IMG/VR virus record: IMGVR_UViG_3300049845_000287
Span: 1 to 56,798 of that record
Length of the DNA: 56,798 nucleotides
Reading direction: 5' to 3' (one strand)
Source of the DNA: a virus
Lineage: Duplodnaviria > Caudoviricetes
This document shows, piece by piece, positions 53,392-56,798 of the stretch (within the stretch, counting starts at the first letter, position 1; every line of letters begins with the position of its first letter). A program made the position numbers and the translations under genes. Under the pieces are notes generated by a model, which did not search any database, had not been told where the DNA came from, and saw nothing but the letters and a program-made list of their open reading frames with translations.

Positions 53392-53454
53392 GTGCTCGAG
53401 TTCTCGGCGGAGTACCAAGGCACGCTGTCTAGCAGTAGAGGAGAGTGAACGGAG

Positions 53455-54990
53455 ATGGCCCAGCCCATTTCGCCGGAGATCTGGAACAAGGCGGCACTCA
53501 CGGACAACCGCCTGCTTCCGGGCCGATATTCAGTCGGCATCTTCACAGGCAAAGGCGTGAACATCGCCAACAACCAGGAGGCGTACGCCTACGACGACAT
53601 CCTGGTGTCCGACCGGATCTTCGACTACGACGACCGCCGGCTCAACAGCCTCGAGCCCCGCACCTACGCGGACGGCGGCCAGGTCAACGACGGCTGGGGC
53701 GCGAGCGCCTACGGTCCGTTCCAGACGGTCCGCTTCACTCGCCGCGTGTTCACCAGTGGCCAGCACAAGTCGATCGCCTGGCGCATCTTCGACGAGAAGC
53801 AGTACGGCGGCGCCATCGGCAGCTTCGGTGACGCGGCCACTTCGTCCGCCTACACCGGCGGCGAGGCGTACATGTCGACCGCGGCCACCATCCAGAAGGC
53901 CAAGGCCATCTGGGACAAGGAGATCCTCGGCCCGCACATCGACAAGTACAACTTCTTCGCGATCGCCAACGGCCACATCTCGGGCCGCTTCGTCCAGACC
54001 AACGCCGTGGCAGGCGCCATGTTCGAGGGCGACCCGGCACTCGGCACCTGGATCGCGAGCCCCGGTCCCTACGAGGGACTCAGCTACCCGCCCGAGTTCG
54101 CCCCGATCAAGGCGATCGAGTGGGACAGCTCCAACGTGCGTCCGCTGCTCAACGCCATCGACGTGGCATGGACGAACCTGTTCATCCCGGAGGACCAGCG
54201 TGTCATCCTGCTCGACAAGGCGTACAAGGACGACCTGCTCTCCAACCTGATCGGCATCCCCGGTTCGCTGCCCGGCAGCGACAGCGCGTACGCCGACCTC
54301 AAGGAAGGCCGCTTCGAGCGGTTCTACGGGTGGGACTTCGACTTCTCGATCCCGTCGCAGTATTTCCCCTACGTCTACCTGGACGAGAACAACAACGTCG
54401 TCCACACCAGCGACGGCAACGCGGCCTACGACGCGGTCATCAACTCGATCGCCGCTTCAGAGGGCACTCTGAAGCTCACGACCGAGCTGGCTGAGTCGCA
54501 GCGCATGCGCGCCACGAACTACATCGGCACCTACTGGGATGCCGCCAACAACACCTGGGTCACCCAGGTCACCAACTACCCGGGCAACGGCAATCCCGCC
54601 AACGTCGGTGCCAACTGGGACACCGAGGGCGCGTCCGTGGACTCCAGCCCCGACTTCTCCGTCGGTCCGGTGGCCACCACGCACCTCAACACCTTCCCGT
54701 TCCAGGGCTATCCCGGCCAGGGCCTCGAGTCCCCGACCGGCCCGCAGGGCGCGATCACCAAGGTCCGCGTCATGGGCATGGCGGTCTACCGCCCGGCCGC
54801 ACAGCTCGGCCAGGAGTACGGAGCGATGGAGACGGACCGCGGCAAGACGCGCGGCAAGTTCACCGAGCTCGTCTTCGACGTCAAGCACGACGCGTGGGTC
54901 ATCCCGCAGTATGCTCACGGCATCCTGCTCCTGATCGACCGCGTGGCCGACGTCGGAGTCCCGACCGTCAAGGTCGAGATCATCTCCTAG
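53455..54990 (+). CDS. major capsid protein (HK97 fold, with insertions)
   Basis: starts ISPEIW; IPEDQRVILLD..Y..LL and G..ERFYGWDF motifs; very high GC3; followed by a hairpin. Confidence 0.8.
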   Translation: MAQPISPEIWNKAALTDNRLLPGRYSVGIFTGKGVNIANNQEAYAYDDILVSDRIFDYDDRRLNSLEPRTYADGGQVNDGWGASAYGPFQTVRFTRRVFTSGQHKSIAWRIFDEKQYGGAIGSFGDAATSSAYTGGEAYMSTAATIQKAKAIWDKEILGPHIDKYNFFAIANGHISGRFVQTNAVAGAMFEGDPALGTWIASPGPYEGLSYPPEFAPIKAIEWDSSNVRPLLNAIDVAWTNLFIPEDQRVILLDKAYKDDLLSNLIGIPGSLPGSDSAYADLKEGRFERFYGWDFDFSIPSQYFPYVYLDENNNVVHTSDGNAAYDAVINSIAASEGTLKLTTELAESQRMRATNYIGTYWDAANNTWVTQVTNYPGNGNPANVGANWDTEGASVDSSPDFSVGPVATTHLNTFPFQGYPGQGLESPTGPQGAITKVRVMGMAVYRPAAQLGQEYGAMETDRGKTRGKFTELVFDVKHDAWVIPQYAHGILLLIDRVADVGVPTVKVEIIS

Positions 54991-55019
54991 CAAGCCCGCT
55001 TCCGACGGTCCTAGTGGTG

Positions 55020-55049
55020 GGGGCGGCTCCAATCGGGGCCGCCCCTTCT
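55020..55049 (+). terminator. hairpin terminator after the capsid gene
   Basis: ggggcggctcc-aatc-ggggccgcccc followed by ttct. Confidence 0.6.
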
Positions 55050-55065
55050 CGGTGAAGGAGCATCC

Positions 55066-55602
55066 GTGCTGAACCGTCCCGCCGATATATGGGATGTCAC
55101 CTGGGGCATCCTCACCGGAGAGCTCTATACTCGCCGACACGAGTGGATCACACCACGCGTCGTCAGCCCGGCACTCGATGTCGGGTGCGGACAGGGCTAC
55201 CAAGGGACGCTCATCGCGCTCGAAGGCCACGACATCAGGGGCATGGACCTGCACCCTGGGCTGGTGGCGCTGTCGAGCAGGATGGCCGAGGCCAACGGTG
55301 TGACCTTCCCCGTGTCGGTCGGCAACGTCTACCAGATCGACTATCCCGACACCTCCTTCGAGACCATCGTCTGCACCGAGGTGTTGGAGCACCTCGACGA
55401 CCCAGGGTGGGCACTGAAGGAGATGGCCCGCGTCGGCAAGCGCCTGTTGCTCTCGACACCGGGATTCGGTGCGATGCGCATACCGGGCCACATCCAGGAC
55501 TTCACCGAGGAGGACCTCGCAGAGCTGGTCTCCGTCGACTGGGTCATCGTCGAGCATGTCCAGGATCACCCCTGGCAGTACGTCGAGGCGGTGCGCAAGT
55601 GA
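55066..55602 (+). CDS. class I SAM-dependent methyltransferase
   Basis: LDVGCGQG, GMDL, EVLEHL and LLSTP motifs; AAGGAG RBS. Confidence 0.9.
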   Translation: MLNRPADIWDVTWGILTGELYTRRHEWITPRVVSPALDVGCGQGYQGTLIALEGHDIRGMDLHPGLVALSSRMAEANGVTFPVSVGNVYQIDYPDTSFETIVCTEVLEHLDDPGWALKEMARVGKRLLLSTPGFGAMRIPGHIQDFTEEDLAELVSVDWVIVEHVQDHPWQYVEAVRK

Positions 55603-56798
55603 AGCTGCTGCACATGCGCCCCTACGGTTTCGACGTCGGCTCCGTCTACAAGTACGGAGAGATGTTCTCCCGCGTGACCACGGTCAAGGACGCCATCCTG
55701 CCCTCGATCAACGCTCCGGTCGAAGATGTGAAGCGCATCCTCGAGAAGGAGAAGCCTGACGCTGTGATCATGCGCGGCGACCGCTGGCCCATGTGGCAGG
55801 CGGCAGCCGACCTCGGCGTCCCCTACATCCTCGATGCACACGACATGCACAACCTGCGTGTCCCGGCGACCGAGGCCGCGAAGTTCAACGAGCGCGGACA
55901 GATCGAATCGGCGGCAGCCATCATCTTCACGTCTCCCGACCATCAGGAGTACGCGAACATCAACTACAAGGTGCCGCCGTCGCGCGTGGTGCATCTGCGC
56001 CCCACCGCCGCCGCGCTCGACTTCGAGCCGATGCGCAAGCTCAAGGGCAAGCACATCGTCTACGCAGGCGGTGTCACCGAGCTCGCGGCGCGTGACAACA
56101 TCTACGGATACCGTTCCTACGGGGTGTCCATCTTCCCTGCGCTCATCGAGGCCGGGTGGACGGTCCACGTCTACCCGTGCTACTTCGCCCGCGACGAGGT
56201 CAAGAAGGAGTACGCCAGCCTGGGCTGCGTCATCCACGACGAGGTGCCCGAGTACGAGCTGCCTCGCGTCCTGTCGCAGTACACCGTGGGGTATCAGGGC
56301 TACGCGAACGACGACTGCCCTCCGGTCGCCTTCAACTACTGCATGACCTGCCGCCCGAACAAGCTGTGGACGTACCTGTCGGCGGGTATCCCGACCGTCG
56401 GGTTCCAAGGCGGCAACGGGATGCGGCTCTACGACGGGTCGTGGGGCGTGGTCACGCACTCGCTGGACGAACTCGGCGCCGCTGCCGACGAGGCAGCATC
56501 CATGAAGATCACCGACGACCTGCGGCGCTCGCAGGTGATAGACGGTGACGAGCCGCTCTTCCGCGAGCTCGTGGCGATCACCGAGGACTCCATAGCCCGC
56601 GAGCACGAGCTCAAGAAGCTCAGGCCGCTGACGTACCCGGTGCAGTTGTCGGTGAACTTCGGAACGCACAAGGTCGCCGGCAGGGTGTATCGCCCCGGCG
56701 ACAGGGTCACCAAGGAAGAGGCCATCTTCCTCAAGGCGGCCGGTCTGCTCAACGATGTACGGATCCCGTCCGATGGTAAAATGTCGCGACGGGCGAGG
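55599..56798 (+). CDS. GT-B (GT4-like) glycosyltransferase; crosses the circular junction and stops at 164-166 (407 aa; not in ORF track)
   Basis: my translation: GTGA-coupled start, EKPDAVI, YILDAHD, IVYAGGV, PNKLWTYLSAGIP. Confidence 0.85.
   Translation, partial: MKLLHMRPYGFDVGSVYKYGEMFSRVTTVKDAILPSINAPVEDVKRILEKEKPDAVIMRGDRWPMWQAAADLGVPYILDAHDMHNLRVPATEAAKFNERGQIESAAAIIFTSPDHQEYANINYKVPPSRVVHLRPTAAALDFEPMRKLKGKHIVYAGGVTELAARDNIYGYRSYGVSIFPALIEAGWTVHVYPCYFARDEVKKEYASLGCVIHDEVPEYELPRVLSQYTVGYQGYANDDCPPVAFNYCMTCRPNKLWTYLSAGIPTVGFQGGNGMRLYDGSWGVVTHSLDELGAAADEAASMKITDDLRRSQVIDGDEPLFRELVAITEDSIAREHELKKLRPLTYPVQLSVNFGTHKVAGRVYRPGDRVTKEEAIFLKAAGLLNDVRIPSDGKMSRRAR
56673..56798. repeat. 126-bp direct terminal repeat, right copy
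   Basis: identical to 17-142. Confidence 0.95.

Noticed and set aside
56673-56798. 126-bp repeat as a biological terminal repeat
   Set aside because: It interrupts a coding sequence and its length is in the range of assembler k-mer overlaps

Overview
This window looks like a complete, circularly permuted genome (about 56.66 kb) of a high-GC tailed dsDNA phage with podovirus-type architecture. Positions 17-142 repeat exactly at 56673-56798. The host is probably a monoderm actinobacterium (inference). The rightward arm (31.8 kb through the junction to 12.9 kb) carries an SF3 helicase, three large internal-virion/ejection-type proteins, portal, major capsid, a methyltransferase plus glycosyltransferase, tail adaptor and nozzle, fibres and lysis genes. 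The leftward arm (30.7 kb down to 12.9 kb) carries small early-type genes, a nucleotidyltransferase, a VWA/MoxR pair, a resolvase, a Prim-Pol-type primase, SSB, HNH, YqaJ exonuclease, YraN, ParB, a scaffold-like protein and TerL. I found no integrase, DNA polymerase, tRNA or CRISPR array. The main result is the 2365-aa virion-module protein (38659-45756). It carries, in the right order, the landmarks of the beta' subunit of cellular multisubunit RNA polymerase: a DPBB-A barrel with NADFDGD, a bridge-helix-like segment, the C..C-x6-C-x2-(C/H) zinc site and a trigger-helix-like segment. No beta partner is recognisable. A repeated non-sigma70 motif, CCTCG(CT/TC)CCCTTGTG(T/A)-N9-TGC(T/G)A, precedes the first leftward genes. 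Together these suggest a virion-injected RNA polymerase system with its own early promoters. All homology calls are by eye from motifs, not from database searches.
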